A DNA stretch of 36,827 nucleotides from a virus (IMGVR_UViG_2663763339_000003); one strand, 5' to 3'; counted from the first letter of the stretch, positions 10,145 through 19,747 are shown. Notes: generated by a model not told the origin, from the sequence alone. Numbers and translations are program-made.

Positions 10145-10711
10145 TCAGGGAGATTCATTGCTCTTATTTGCCGGAAATTTTCTATAAATGGTAGAAACGC
10201 CTACATCAAAAATCAGTGCAATACGCTGTCTTGATTCTCCGGCCTCGAGTAAACGCCCAATCTGTGCCCACTGTTCGGTGGTCAACTTAGGACGGCGTCC
10301 ACCTACTCTGCCTTTGGCACGAGCTGCAGCCAGCCCTGCCCTGGTACGTTCAACTATCAGTTCGCGTTCCATTTCAGCAAGGGCACCCATGACATGAAAA
10401 AAGAAACGGCCCATTGGGGTACTGGTATCAATACTGTCAGTCAGGCTTCGGAAATTCACGCCTCGCTGACGCAACTCTTCTATCAGCGTAACAAGATGCC
10501 GCATACTGCGCCCCAACCTGTCCAGCTTCCAGACAACCAGCGTGTCTCCTGCCGATAGTGTCCTGAGCAGTTTTTTCAACCCTGGTCTGTCGGACTTAGT
10601 GCCACTGATTTTATCCTCAAAAATCCGCTCACATCCCGCGCAGTTCAGTGCATTACGTTGCAAATCAGTGTTCTGGTCATTTGTTGACACGCGTACATAG
10701 CCAATAAGCAT
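10145..10711 (-). CDS. serine DNA invertase (Hin/Gin/Pin/Cin family)
   Basis: N-terminal MLIGYVRVSTNDQ with catalytic Ser, resolvase-type core and C-terminal HTH; start taken at the internal ATG (ORF track extends to 10828). Confidence 0.9.
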   Translation of the reverse strand: MLIGYVRVSTNDQNTDLQRNALNCAGCERIFEDKISGTKSDRPGLKKLLRTLSAGDTLVVWKLDRLGRSMRHLVTLIEELRQRGVNFRSLTDSIDTSTPMGRFFFHVMGALAEMERELIVERTRAGLAAARAKGRVGGRRPKLTTEQWAQIGRLLEAGESRQRIALIFDVGVSTIYRKFPANKSNESP

Positions 10712-10765
10712 GATCACCCCCCTGAATAAAAACCGGAGATGATGCCAGTTAGCCGTTATCTCTGC

Positions 10766-10791
10766 ATTTTCATAAACGTTGGTTTGGGAGA
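10766..10791. repeat. inversion crossover site (hix/gix-like), left
   Basis: TTTTCATAAACGTTGGTTTGGGAGAA fits the 26-bp TTnTCnnAAACCnnGGTTTnnGAnAA pattern; central TT at 10778-10779. Confidence 0.65.
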
Positions 10792-11146
10792 AGCGGCAAA
10801 ACGGAATGTAGGTAACGGGCAAAACCAAATTCCGGATATGGCGGCGTTTGCCAGTTCACTTTCATCAACGGGTTTTCAAAAACTACCTTCGGGTCTGATT
10901 ATTCAGTGGGGTATTGTCAGTGGAGCATCAAACTATACGGTGACTTACCCGGTAACATTCCCAAATCGTTCACTTGCGCTGTTGGCTGTACCACATACAA
11001 CGTCGGTGGCGGGTATATCTGCAATGGGCATAGCGAACTGTTCTGATATCAGCAAATCACAGTTCTATATAATTGTTGGCGGTATATCTCAGGGAGAAAT
11101 TGTCAAATATGAAAGGTCCTGTTTTTGGGTAGCAATCGGTGTATAG
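10779..11146 (+). CDS. alternative tail-fibre C-terminal cassette (silent orientation, promoterless)
   Basis: reading frame continues from the crossover site; LGEAAKRNVGNGQNQIPDMAAF is paralogous to [22 protein letters not shown] in the expressed tail fibre. Confidence 0.7.
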
Positions 11147-11154
11147 GTATATCT

Positions 11155-11550
11155 ATGATTTATTTCTCAAAATCGACTAATGGTTTTTTCTTTGATGGTA
11201 TAAACAGCGACATGCCTGCTGACATTGTTGAGATAAGTACAGACTTATACAATGAATTAATTGCCGGACAGCAGGAAGGGGGTAAATTAATTACGTCAGA
11301 TGAAAATGGTTTACCGGTACTGAAATCCCCGGTGATTGATTATGTCGCACGTGCGGAAAATCAGCGAATGCAGTTACTTTCTCATGCCGATAATGTCACA
11401 GCTGACTGGCGAGTGGAATTAATGCTTGGTGATATTAGCAGTACAGATAAAGAAAAACTATCCGCCTGGATGTACTACAAAAAAGAAGTAAAAGCCGTCG
11501 ACACTTCGACGGCTCCTGAGATTAGCTGGCCTGAGTTACCGGAGGTGTAG
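11155..11550 (+). CDS. alternative tail-fibre assembly chaperone (silent orientation)
   Basis: MIYFSKSTNGFFFDG... N-terminus typical of Tfa/gpG-like chaperones; converges on and overlaps the expressed chaperone gene at its 3' end. Confidence 0.7.
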   Translation: MIYFSKSTNGFFFDGINSDMPADIVEISTDLYNELIAGQQEGGKLITSDENGLPVLKSPVIDYVARAENQRMQLLSHADNVTADWRVELMLGDISSTDKEKLSAWMYYKKEVKAVDTSTAPEISWPELPEV

Positions 11551-11941
11551 GCCATTCAATATCTGGCGCACCGGAAGTATCGATCAGCTCCAGTGCGTCC
11601 AGATAATCCAGCCACAAATTATATTGCGCCAGTTCCTCACCTTTCAGACGACCAATAGCTGCTTTACCAGGCCATTGTTTACTGTCCATATAATCGTTGG
11701 CCTGTTCAATAAGTATATTTTTCATTCCCTCCGCTTCAGCTATTTCCTGTTCCTGTGTCTTCGCTGGATATTCAGTAAGCACAGGGTAGTTATCCGGGCT
11801 ATTGATAATAATTTTCCCCGTACTCTGACCATTCATAAGTTCATAATAAAGAGCATCTTCAATATCGAAAGCATCATCGGGAATATCGCTGTTGTTTTCA
11901 GAGAAAAATCCCTGAACAGATGGGGACCATTTCATTTTCAT
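11522..11941 (-). CDS. tail-fibre assembly chaperone (expressed orientation)
   Basis: 139-aa ORF with ATGA overlap to the H stop; Tfa-like N-terminus. Confidence 0.8.
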   Translation of the reverse strand: MKMKWSPSVQGFFSENNSDIPDDAFDIEDALYYELMNGQSTGKIIINSPDNYPVLTEYPAKTQEQEIAEAEGMKNILIEQANDYMDSKQWPGKAAIGRLKGEELAQYNLWLDYLDALELIDTSGAPDIEWPTPPVTQAS

Positions 11942-13359
11942 AATTTCCCAATTCCTAAAATGTGGACATCATCAGCCTTACGGGCATTCCAGGTGACAAT
12001 TACATCGGTAGAGTGACGATTAACTGAGATTGCGTATGCTTCGTTAGTCGAGCCAGAAACTTTTGTGGCAAACACAGCAAACAGGACACCAAATGACTGG
12101 GGCCATTTATAGCCTGACAGCTGATAATTACCATTATTCAGTGTTACAGCTTTGGCTGCTGCACTTGATGGAATCGTCAGCCACTGGAGTATCAACCCTC
12201 CTGGCAAAAGTTGTTTTCCGTAATAATCCCTCACCCCACTAAATGAAACCATGTCCGGTATCTGATTTTCCCCTGTGCCCACATCCCGTTTTGCCGCCTC
12301 TCCCAAACCAAGGTATGTGAGAAGACCAGCTACATCCTTTCCACTCAAATTAGTCAGCGTATTGTCCAGCGGTTGTTTACCTGCCAGCGCATTAAGCATT
12401 GTCGTGGCAAAGTTCGGGTCATTCCCCAGCGCCGCCGCCAGTTCATTCAGTGTATCCAGTGCCGCAGGTGCAGAACCCACCATTGCCGCAATCGCCGATT
12501 TCACAAATGCCGTGGTGGCAATCTGTGTATTGTTAACCGACTGTGCCGCAGTGGGGGCTGTTGGCGTTCCGGTAAGTGCCGGACTCGACAGCGGCGCTTT
12601 CAGTGCCAGCGCATTGTTAATGGTGGTACTGAATTTCGGGTCATTGTTTATGGCTGCGGCAATTTCTTTCAGCGTATCCAGCGTGGCTGGCGCACCATTA
12701 ATCAGGGTCGTCAGTGCCGCCTGAACAAACGCGGTGGTCGCAAGTTGCGTGGTATTATTCCCCGCCACTGGCGTTGGAGCTTTGGGTGTCCCGGTAAACG
12801 TAGGACTTTCTTTCTGAGCATACTGTGAATGCGGGTCCGGTGCGGCAAGATGTTTTGCCATCTGATCATCCGCGTACACCTTCAGCTCCAGTACCTTATC
12901 ATCCACATACTTGCGGGTTGCCAGCACTACGGCAGGGTCGATTTTCAGGGTGATATTGTCCGTGCTGCTGGTAATCAACACCATACGCACGGTCTGGGTA
13001 CGCCCGCTGCCTTCAGCCAGTTGCGGCTTATAGCTTTCCGGGCAGTTGCCCACGGCAATCAATGCCCCGGACTCATCAAACAGGCCCACTTCACGTATCC
13101 ACCAACCGCCCTCGTTTTCAGGGATCACCTGTTCAGCAATAATCTGGCTGCTGTTCTGCGGGTCGATATAGAGCATATTCAGCGCAGCCCGGCGTTTCTC
13201 ATTTACTAATGCTGTCTGCTTTGCGTCCGGCGTTGGCAATGTTCCGCCGCCATCGCCTACCGCCATATGGGTAATTTTTAACGGCACACCGAGCGCGGCG
13301 GCGCTGGCAAGTTTCGCCGCGCCAATATCCGTCAGCAGGGTATAAAATTTTGTGCTCAT
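11938..13359 (-). CDS. H: tail fibre protein H (constant N-terminus fused to invertible C-terminal cassette)
   Basis: 473-aa ORF; N-terminus [18 protein letters not shown] is P2 gpH-like; the crossover site lies inside the coding sequence at the GLGEAAKR codons. Confidence 0.85.
   Translation of the reverse strand: MSTKFYTLLTDIGAAKLASAAALGVPLKITHMAVGDGGGTLPTPDAKQTALVNEKRRAALNMLYIDPQNSSQIIAEQVIPENEGGWWIREVGLFDESGALIAVGNCPESYKPQLAEGSGRTQTVRMVLITSSTDNITLKIDPAVVLATRKYVDDKVLELKVYADDQMAKHLAAPDPHSQYAQKESPTFTGTPKAPTPVAGNNTTQLATTAFVQAALTTLINGAPATLDTLKEIAAAINNDPKFSTTINNALALKAPLSSPALTGTPTAPTAAQSVNNTQIATTAFVKSAIAAMVGSAPAALDTLNELAAALGNDPNFATTMLNALAGKQPLDNTLTNLSGKDVAGLLTYLGLGEAAKRDVGTGENQIPDMVSFSGVRDYYGKQLLPGGLILQWLTIPSSAAAKAVTLNNGNYQLSGYKWPQSFGVLFAVFATKVSGSTNEAYAISVNRHSTDVIVTWNARKADDVHILGIGKL
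12298..12323. repeat. inversion crossover site (hix/gix-like), right, inside H
   Basis: CTCTCCCAAACCAAGGTATGTGAGAA; its reverse complement shares GGTTTGGGAGA with the left site; central AA at 12310-12311. Confidence 0.65.
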
Positions 13360-13961
13360 GGATTCACTCTCATTGTGTCAATAACATGGACCGCCCCGCC
13401 TTCATGCGCGGTGCCACCGGAAATAATCGTTTCGTTGATATACGGATAGATCGTGATTTCTTCGCCAAGATAGCTGGCGACTCCCACCCAATGCGGGCCG
13501 CTGGTCTGCAGGTTGATGGACATGCCGATCATGTGACGGCTACATGGTTTGGCATCGCTTATCAGTCGCTCAAGTTCCAGATAGGTATCTTCAGTGATAC
13601 CCTGGTCCTGCACGCCGATATCCAGGCGAAACGTGCCCGGTGTTTCTCCGGTCTGCCACCACTCAATAATGCGGATCAGAAAGCCGAACGGCTCCACCAC
13701 CCGCCGCACGGCACTGGTGGTCCCTTTATGCTGATGAATATAAAAAGCATCCTTCACCACCTGGCGCTTGACGCTTTCTGTCCAGCCCTCGTCCCAGCGA
13801 TCCACAGAGAACGCCCAGGCGAGATAAGGCAGGAAACTGACCGGACAGGTTGCCGGATTCCACAAGTCACGCAGCGGCACTTGCAGATCAGAAATCCCGC
13901 TGCAGGTTTGCGCCAGTCGTCGCTCCAGTGAAGTTGAACCCGGTGGCAGCAGACTATTCAT
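13356..13961 (-). CDS. I: baseplate assembly protein I
   Basis: 201-aa ORF, P2 gpI position between H and J. Confidence 0.8.
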   Translation of the reverse strand: MNSLLPPGSTSLERRLAQTCSGISDLQVPLRDLWNPATCPVSFLPYLAWAFSVDRWDEGWTESVKRQVVKDAFYIHQHKGTTSAVRRVVEPFGFLIRIIEWWQTGETPGTFRLDIGVQDQGITEDTYLELERLISDAKPCSRHMIGMSINLQTSGPHWVGVASYLGEEITIYPYINETIISGGTAHEGGAVHVIDTMRVNP

Positions 13962-14862
13962 CCGTTCCTCCGTTGGTCACGCTCCACTGCGTACATGATG
14001 CCGCCTGCGTTTTGTTCAGAACCACATCCGCCAGCGGAGAAGCCAGTTCCACACGTTGAACACCCTCAACATGCAACGCGGCAAAAATAGCACTACGGCG
14101 AATATCCCGACCGAGCCGCGTCTGACTGGCGATGTACCTCTGCAGACTGACTTTTGCCGCTGCCATTACCGGCTCTGCTTCCGGTCCCGGATAAAGAAAA
14201 ATGGTGGCTTCCACACGGTACGGGATGATTTCTGCGCTGCGAACCGTAAGACGGTCAGCCACCGGGCGGACGTTCTCACTGTTCAGAGCTTTTTCCACCA
14301 CGTCCAGCAGGTCTTTTTCTGCAGTTCCATCGCCTTCGCGGCTAAGGACAGTCAGCACCACCTCTGCAGGTGCCGGACTGGTTGCACTGGCATCCGCCAC
14401 CCGACCGTCGGCGCTTCGGGCATGAAATTCATAAGCGGCAGTTGGCCCCGCAACAGAAAGCCCTTCAAAGGCTGCGGGCACACGCAGGCGTAACGCTTCA
14501 TCGCTTTCCATCACAGCCGCAACGGGTGGCACAGCGTCATTATCAGCAGGCGTCACCGTCAGGCGTTTCACGTTGTAGTTGGCAGCGAGCTGGTCAAGAT
14601 CGCCGCCCATCGCGTAAGCCACCATCACCGCCTGCGCGGCTTCGTTAATGCGCTGGCGCAGAAGCAACTCACGGTAAGCGTTCTCCTGCAGCAATTTGGT
14701 GACGGGTTCAGATTCCAGTTCCAGCGTGCGGATCACGGCTTCCTGCTCATCTTTCGGATGAAGCGCAACAAATTCGGCCTTGCGTTCGGCAAGCAGCGTC
14801 TCAAAGTCCGGCACATCGACAATCTGCGGCGCAGGCAACTGCGAAAGGTCAATCACTGCCAT
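13954..14862 (-). CDS. J: baseplate protein J
   Basis: P2 gpJ-like; start taken at MAVIDLSQLP (ORF track extends to 14901). Confidence 0.8.
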   Translation of the reverse strand: MAVIDLSQLPAPQIVDVPDFETLLAERKAEFVALHPKDEQEAVIRTLELESEPVTKLLQENAYRELLLRQRINEAAQAVMVAYAMGGDLDQLAANYNVKRLTVTPADNDAVPPVAAVMESDEALRLRVPAAFEGLSVAGPTAAYEFHARSADGRVADASATSPAPAEVVLTVLSREGDGTAEKDLLDVVEKALNSENVRPVADRLTVRSAEIIPYRVEATIFLYPGPEAEPVMAAAKVSLQRYIASQTRLGRDIRRSAIFAALHVEGVQRVELASPLADVVLNKTQAASCTQWSVTNGGTDE

Positions 14863-15208
14863 TCTCTGCTCCTGTTGATACGGAAAGGGAAACAGGCACA
14901 CCGTTATTACGCCGCCCGGTCAGCCCCACCACCATTGAACCGTCAAAATTGCTGTTAATGGTGATGGAATCTAGCGTCAGCCGTGGCTCCCAGCGACTCA
15001 GCGCCACATACACTGCCGACATGAACTGCAGGCGTAATGCCGGATTTTGTGGCTGGTCTATCAGTGCCGACAGCAGGGAACCATATTCCCGACGGGCAAT
15101 GCGGCTACCCTGCGGCGTCAGCAAAATGTCCCGCACCGACTGGCGCAGATGGTCAATATCAGTAATGACTTTGCCGCTGGTATTGTTCATCCCGCTATAA
15201 AGCGTCAT
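14849..15208 (-). CDS. W: baseplate protein W
   Basis: 119-aa ORF between V and J. Confidence 0.8.
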   Translation of the reverse strand: MTLYSGMNNTSGKVITDIDHLRQSVRDILLTPQGSRIARREYGSLLSALIDQPQNPALRLQFMSAVYVALSRWEPRLTLDSITINSNFDGSMVVGLTGRRNNGVPVSLSVSTGAENGSD

Positions 15209-15783
15209 ACCGGGCCTCCGGTTGTATCGCCGCCTTTCAGGACGCCAGTATGCTGATGCGCATCAACCACGATCCCGTTAGAACTCATCGCTCCGCCGCC
15301 CTGGGTAACGCCACCATTGATCACCACTTCGCTGTTAATGCGCGTGCGGTCAGCCTCCAGTACAAACTCACTGGTTTTCATGGTGATGTTGTCAGCGGCC
15401 TCAATGACCATTGATTTGATGCCCCTGACATACCAGCGCCCAGTGGCGGGTTCGTATTCAAACCAGCCACCGTCAGGATGTTCTGTCACGCAGGCGTCCG
15501 CCGACGTCGACGGTGGTGCGAACTGATTCGAATAGATGGCGGGCAGCGCAAACGCGGTTTCCAGATTGCCGCCCAGACTCAGCAGCACCACCTGCTCACC
15601 TTCCGATGGTTTCCACCATGTGCGGGCATCACCCGCGCGCAGCGTCAGCCAGTTAATCCAGTTGGTTTCAAGGTCGCCCGTTTTCACCCGACAAAGCCAG
15701 TTTTCCCGGTCCACTTCGGTGACTACACCTGTGCGGATCAGATTGGTGATAAGGCGCATGATTTCGGTTAATTGTGCGTTCAT
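15205..15783 (-). CDS. V: baseplate spike protein V
   Basis: 192-aa ORF, first gene after a late-promoter site. Confidence 0.8.
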   Translation of the reverse strand: MNAQLTEIMRLITNLIRTGVVTEVDRENWLCRVKTGDLETNWINWLTLRAGDARTWWKPSEGEQVVLLSLGGNLETAFALPAIYSNQFAPPSTSADACVTEHPDGGWFEYEPATGRWYVRGIKSMVIEAADNITMKTSEFVLEADRTRINSEVVINGGVTQGGGAMSSNGIVVDAHQHTGVLKGGDTTGGPV

Positions 15784-15830
15784 AGGGAAAGGTTGCCATC
15801 AGGGGAAGAAAGGCGGCAGTGCTGCAACTT

Positions 15831-15848
15831 GTATCAGTGCTGATACAA
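15831..15848. promoter_or_regulatory. late-promoter activator site (TGT-N12-ACA) upstream of V
   Basis: TGTatcagtgctgatACA in the S-V intergenic region, centre ~56 nt upstream of the V ATG. Confidence 0.5.
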
Positions 15849-15851
15849 AGA

Positions 15852-16298
15852 TCACCCCGCCAGCCATTGCAGAATCATGTCGCGGGTCATTGCCTCAACA
15901 TCATCATTTACACCCAGCAGGCGGCGCTCTGCGTAACGGACCTCCGGTCCTTTGCGACTGACGCGATCACGCAGGCCGTAATGGTGAACACGGGCAATAC
16001 GCTGCACCTTGCCTTCAAACTGTACGCTGGCAGAGTCGGCGCTGGCGGAAGTTTTCAGGTATTTTGTGGTGCGCAGCTTTGCAAACATCTGCCGTTTGAT
16101 ACGGCCTTTTTTACTGCGTGCTGTTACCCTGCGCGGTTCATAACTGCTGCCATCTGGATTGCGCTGCATCCTGATATTCTGCTGCTGTGTCCGGCGCAGT
16201 TCCTGCGCCAGCTGGCGCATCATTCGGCTTCTTGCGGCTGGTTCCAGATTCGCCAGCAAAGCACTCAGCCAGTCGTCCACCTTCTGCAGTTCAGCCAC
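15852..16298 (-). CDS. S: tail completion protein S
   Basis: 148-aa ORF, P2 gpS size and position. Confidence 0.8.
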   Translation of the reverse strand: MAELQKVDDWLSALLANLEPAARSRMMRQLAQELRRTQQQNIRMQRNPDGSSYEPRRVTARSKKGRIKRQMFAKLRTTKYLKTSASADSASVQFEGKVQRIARVHHYGLRDRVSRKGPEVRYAERRLLGVNDDVEAMTRDMILQWLAG

Positions 16299-16743
16299 GT
16301 TTCACCGTCCACATTTCTTCAGGTTCATCGGGTTCCGCTACAGCTTCAACGCTCGACACACTGCCGTCAGTGCTGACCAGCACACGCTCCGTCAGCTGCA
16401 GGTTCAGGCTGATATCACAGACATCGTTGCGCAGAATATCCACCTCAAAGGTGAATAGCTTTTCCCGTAACGTCGGGTTATTGATGGCATCAGGCTGGTT
16501 ATCCCGCAGCCACAGAAAAACCGGGGCCATCAGCAGATTCTGGTCGCCGCTGAAATCTTCAATCACCACGTTCAGGGTGTAGCGGTACTCCCATGACATG
16601 GAGCTGGCCCCGGTGGCAACCAGCGAACCGTTATCCACAAACAGATGCAGTTTGTCCGGGTTATTACGGACATAAGGCACTGCTTTATTGAGGGCGTGGC
16701 GCAGGGATCGTGGTTTGTTCACTGTTTCGCTCCTGACACGCAA
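16291..16743 (-). CDS. R: tail completion protein R
   Basis: P2 gpR-like ORF overlapping the S start; true start may be a few codons downstream of 16743. Confidence 0.75.
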   Translation of the reverse strand: MRVRSETVNKPRSLRHALNKAVPYVRNNPDKLHLFVDNGSLVATGASSMSWEYRYTLNVVIEDFSGDQNLLMAPVFLWLRDNQPDAINNPTLREKLFTFEVDILRNDVCDISLNLQLTERVLVSTDGSVSSVEAVAEPDEPEEMWTVKRG

Positions 16744-16975
16744 TAATCATGTCCACTTTGTCTGCACAGACCGCCCAGGCGGCCTCCGTTTCATCCAGTA
16801 ATGCGTTCAGATCACCGTTATTGTGTGGCGCTGCCTGATCCAGCTGACACGGCGTCACTCGCGGACAACCACTGACGGTAAGCTGCACCTCCGGTGAGTG
16901 CCGGACGTTCCCGCAGCCGGATAATGTCAGCAGGCAAATGAGTATTAGCCCAGCGGCGTAAATCCTCGTTCTCAC
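16685..16975 (-). CDS. lysC: o-spanin lipoprotein (LysC / Rz1-like)
   Basis: N-terminal signal with lipobox LSGC, Pro-rich; starts inside lysB in another frame. Confidence 0.7.
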   Translation of the reverse strand: MRTRIYAAGLILICLLTLSGCGNVRHSPEVQLTVSGCPRVTPCQLDQAAPHNNGDLNALLDETEAAWAVCADKVDMIIACQERNSEQTTIPAPRPQ

Positions 16976-17225
16976 GTTTCAGTTCCTCAATCCGATGTTG
17001 TCGTTGTCTCAGCAGCGCGCTGGTCTGTTCTGCTTCGGCATAGAGCCGCGCCTGCTCCCGGTTATTGGTTTCAGTCAGAATGGACAGGCTGATAAGCTGG
17101 CTGTTGCTCTTTGCCAGTGCCTGACTTTTGCTGCGCAGCTCGTCTGCCTGCGTGCTGATGGTCTGGCTGGCATCAGCCAGCCGCCACGTCTGCCAGCCCA
17201 GCGACGCCAGTAATAACGCCAGCAC
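16818..17225 (-). CDS. lysB: i-spanin (LysB / Rz-like), N-terminus possibly disrupted
   Basis: coiled-coil periplasmic domain; ORF as called starts at GTG 17225; an upstream ATG overlapping the lysA stop is followed by an in-frame TAG. Confidence 0.7.
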   Translation of the reverse strand: MLALLLASLGWQTWRLADASQTISTQADELRSKSQALAKSNSQLISLSILTETNNREQARLYAEAEQTSALLRQRQHRIEELKRENEDLRRWANTHLPADIIRLRERPALTGGAAYRQWLSASDAVSAGSGSATQ

Positions 17226-17242
17226 AACCAGCAGCTACCGGT

Positions 17243-17620
17243 TCATGCTGCTACCTGTTGCGCCATCTGATTACGGGTGATCCAGAAGGCAATAACGGTC
17301 AGCAGATAAAAGACCAGGGTAATGGCCCACCCCGTCCAGGCGAGACTTACGATAATCAGCAATCGCATCACCCAACTGATAAATACGTTTTCTTTTCGGG
17401 TAATTGTCTTCAGCAAAGATGCCCTTAACTCCTGCCAGAGCGGGCCGTTCTTAATTAACGCAGCCAGTGCTACCGGAATTACCGCCCATGTCAGCAAACA
17501 GGCTACCCAAACGCCGGACGCTGCCAGTACCGGAAAAATCCCCTGCGGATACACCATTGCTGCGATTAACAGCGCCATCCATAACATCAGAAACAGTCCG
17601 CTGATTAATTTCTTTTTCAT
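17243..17620 (-). CDS. lysA: lysis regulatory membrane protein LysA
   Basis: multi-TM protein; start taken at MKKKLISGLF (ORF track extends to 17692, overlapping K). Confidence 0.7.
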   Translation of the reverse strand: MKKKLISGLFLMLWMALLIAAMVYPQGIFPVLAASGVWVACLLTWAVIPVALAALIKNGPLWQELRASLLKTITRKENVFISWVMRLLIIVSLAWTGWAITLVFYLLTVIAFWITRNQMAQQVAA

Positions 17621-17621
17621 T

Positions 17622-18134
17622 TCAGTTTGCTCCCTGTAAACACCAGGCCATCTCCCGCGCACGGCGGTTATCCAGCCCCTGATTAAAAACACCTTTCACA
17701 TAAACCCAGCGCGGCAACTGTCGGCACGCATGTGCCCAGCGCCGCTGATTGAGTAATTTCACCAGCGTGGAACTGCAGGCATTGCCCGTTCCCACGTTGA
17801 AGGCAAACGACACCGCAGCGTCATACACCTTCTGCGGCGGCTGTTGCTTCACACACCTTTCCAGCGCCCGCTCGACACGCAGCACGTTGGAGATCAGCCC
17901 TTCTGCTGCCTGTCGCTCCGTAATGGTTTTGCCGGGAATGACGCCTGACGTATTACCAATGCCGTCGGTCCAGACACCCGCGCTGCACTGATACGGCTGC
18001 AGACGACAACCTTCGTAATCGGCAATCAGTTTCAGCCCCTCCACGGAGGTGTGAAGCTGCTGAAAACCCGGCAGCGTGGCAGCAATAGCCAGCACGGCCC
18101 CGACAAGGCAGCGTTTAACGATTGATGGATTCAT
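17622..18134 (-). CDS. K: endolysin (T4-lysozyme-type muramidase with signal-anchor-release-like N-terminus)
   Basis: hydrophobic N-terminus KRCLVGAVLAIAATLPGF followed by E...D...T catalytic pattern (VEGLKLIADYEG...GVWTDGIGNT). Confidence 0.8.
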   Translation of the reverse strand: MNPSIVKRCLVGAVLAIAATLPGFQQLHTSVEGLKLIADYEGCRLQPYQCSAGVWTDGIGNTSGVIPGKTITERQAAEGLISNVLRVERALERCVKQQPPQKVYDAAVSFAFNVGTGNACSSTLVKLLNQRRWAHACRQLPRWVYVKGVFNQGLDNRRAREMAWCLQGAN

Positions 18135-18330
18135 AGTCCTCCCGCGAGATCTGCCCGTCGCGCAGAAGCTGGTAGGCTTTGTGTTTGTAGTACCAGTTGA
18201 TAGCCAGCATCAGCACACCAATCATCAGGCCGCCCAGCGTTGAGGCATCCTTGATGGACAAATCGCCCAGCCAGGCCAGCACGACGGCGATGCAATACGT
18301 GATAAAGGCGCTGATTCGCTCAAGCGTCAT
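18115..18330 (-). CDS. Y: holin
   Basis: 71-aa protein with two hydrophobic helices and charged C-terminus, immediately upstream of the endolysin. Confidence 0.7.
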   Translation of the reverse strand: MTLERISAFITYCIAVVLAWLGDLSIKDASTLGGLMIGVLMLAINWYYKHKAYQLLRDGQISREDYESINR

Positions 18331-18333
18331 AAT

Positions 18334-18537
18334 TCAGTCCCATAGCTGGACGGTCTGCACGGTGGTGGTGGTCGGAATGTCCGGCAGCTCCACCTGCAGC
18401 CCGTGAGGTAAAAAGGGGCCGTATTCGGCAAGCCCCGGATTTGCCTTCAGTACCTGCTCCGTGACACCCTGCGTGCGCCCGTAATGACGCCAGCAAAGCG
18501 CGTCCACCGTGTCATACTGATGCGCACGCACTTTCAT
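18334..18537 (-). CDS. X: tail protein X
   Basis: 67-aa ORF, P2 gpX size and position. Confidence 0.75.
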   Translation of the reverse strand: MKVRAHQYDTVDALCWRHYGRTQGVTEQVLKANPGLAEYGPFLPHGLQVELPDIPTTTTVQTVQLWD

Positions 18538-19064
18538 CAGATAAGCTCCACTGTGCAGTGCGGCGCATCCTGCACCCGGCTGATGGCCCAGCGGGCGTCA
18601 CGCCACAAATCACCGCTGGCTTCTGCCAGTTCTTCGCCTCGCTTCACACCGGATGCCGTGGCGTCATAGTCCTGGTATCGTTCGTTGAGCATGGCGCGTG
18701 CCCAGCAGTAAACCGCGTTGAAATAGTGCTGAATGCGCTCACTTTTGCCGTCCAGCTGCTCCGCCGGAACCTCTGCCAGCGAGGCATATCCCAGCATCTG
18801 CTGGCGTCTGCGAAACTCATACAGCTCTGCGTTGACCTCCGAAATTGCCGACAGCGCAACCTGCTTTAAACGCGGCTGCGTCACCGTGCCGTCAGTGCGC
18901 ATGACACTGCGAAACTCCGACAGGTCCACATCAGGCCAGAACGGCGTGTTTCTGATGATTTCCGCCTGTTCCGGTGCCTGTTCTGGCGCAACAAACTTCA
19001 TGCTGCTTTCTCCTGAAATAGAGGGCGGTGGACGGGGTTTTGATGTGGCAGTGCCTTTCGCCAC
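18537..19064 (-). CDS. L: head completion protein L
   Basis: P2 gpL position between M and X; true start may be the internal Met at 19001. Confidence 0.75.
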   Translation of the reverse strand: MAKGTATSKPRPPPSISGESSMKFVAPEQAPEQAEIIRNTPFWPDVDLSEFRSVMRTDGTVTQPRLKQVALSAISEVNAELYEFRRRQQMLGYASLAEVPAEQLDGKSERIQHYFNAVYCWARAMLNERYQDYDATASGVKRGEELAEASGDLWRDARWAISRVQDAPHCTVELI

Positions 19065-19096
19065 CCCGTGCCGCCCGTGCGCGGGGGCACGTTCTG

Positions 19097-19747
19097 TCAG
19101 CGGCTGTCATTGCGCAGTCGGCGCTCCAGCTGCTGTTTGTCTTTTTTCACGCCACAGCGGGGATCGAGCTGTAACGCATGGTTGAGATGATTAAGGGCGG
19201 AAGCCGGGTTGCTTTTACTCAGGACAGCGCCAATCGCTTTATGCAGACGAGCCCGTGACTGGTCCGGCATATCCAGACCGTCTGTCAGCTCCAGCGTCTG
19301 CAGCAACAGATCGGCATCAAAGCCGGTGGCGGCAAGCATTGCGCTCTGCGCCGCGTCTGCCATTTCCTCTGCCAGCACGGTCTGCACATTGCGATTACCC
19401 AGCGGCATCACCCAACCATGACGCAGGGCATGACGCCCGATCTCCAGCGCCCCGGCATAATCTCCGGCATCAATGCGCCACAGCATCACGTACATCAGCA
19501 CGTCATCCTGTTGAGCGCCTCCGGCAGCCAGGACACCCTCTGCCCAGGCGACGTATTTCGGCAACAGCTCCACCTTGATTTCCGCTTTTTTGACCGTGGA
19601 CTGAACGCCCTTGAGACGGCGACGGTCTTCCGCCAGTTGCAGCAGCATCAGGTCATAGCCCGACGCGTGGCGAACACTGCCGCCCTCGCGGGCGGCCTGT
19701 TCAGCCTGAACGCGCAGGCGATGCTGCCGTGCGGGACTCAGGCTCAT
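19097..19747 (-). CDS. M: terminase endonuclease (small) subunit M
   Basis: 216-aa ORF between N and L. Confidence 0.8.
   Translation of the reverse strand: MSLSPARQHRLRVQAEQAAREGGSVRHASGYDLMLLQLAEDRRRLKGVQSTVKKAEIKVELLPKYVAWAEGVLAAGGAQQDDVLMYVMLWRIDAGDYAGALEIGRHALRHGWVMPLGNRNVQTVLAEEMADAAQSAMLAATGFDADLLLQTLELTDGLDMPDQSRARLHKAIGAVLSKSNPASALNHLNHALQLDPRCGVKKDKQQLERRLRNDSR

Larger units (their letters stand above)
10779..12310. other. invertible tail-fibre host-range segment (Mu G / P1 C / e14 P-like)
   Basis: two inverted 26-bp crossover sites, two alternative fibre C-termini and two convergent chaperone genes, with the invertase gene immediately outside. Confidence 0.7.

Noticed and set aside
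10739-10778. ATG-initiated N-terminal extension of the silent tail-fibre cassette ORF
   Set aside because: The first 13 codons lie outside the crossover site in the invertase upstream region; the cassette is expressed only after inversion fuses it to the H N-terminus, so this ATG is probably not a real start.
14056-14648. Plus-strand ORFs (145, 74 and 92 aa) inside baseplate gene J
   Set aside because: Antisense to a well-supported P2 structural gene; Arg/Ser/Pro-rich composition typical of spurious antisense ORFs.
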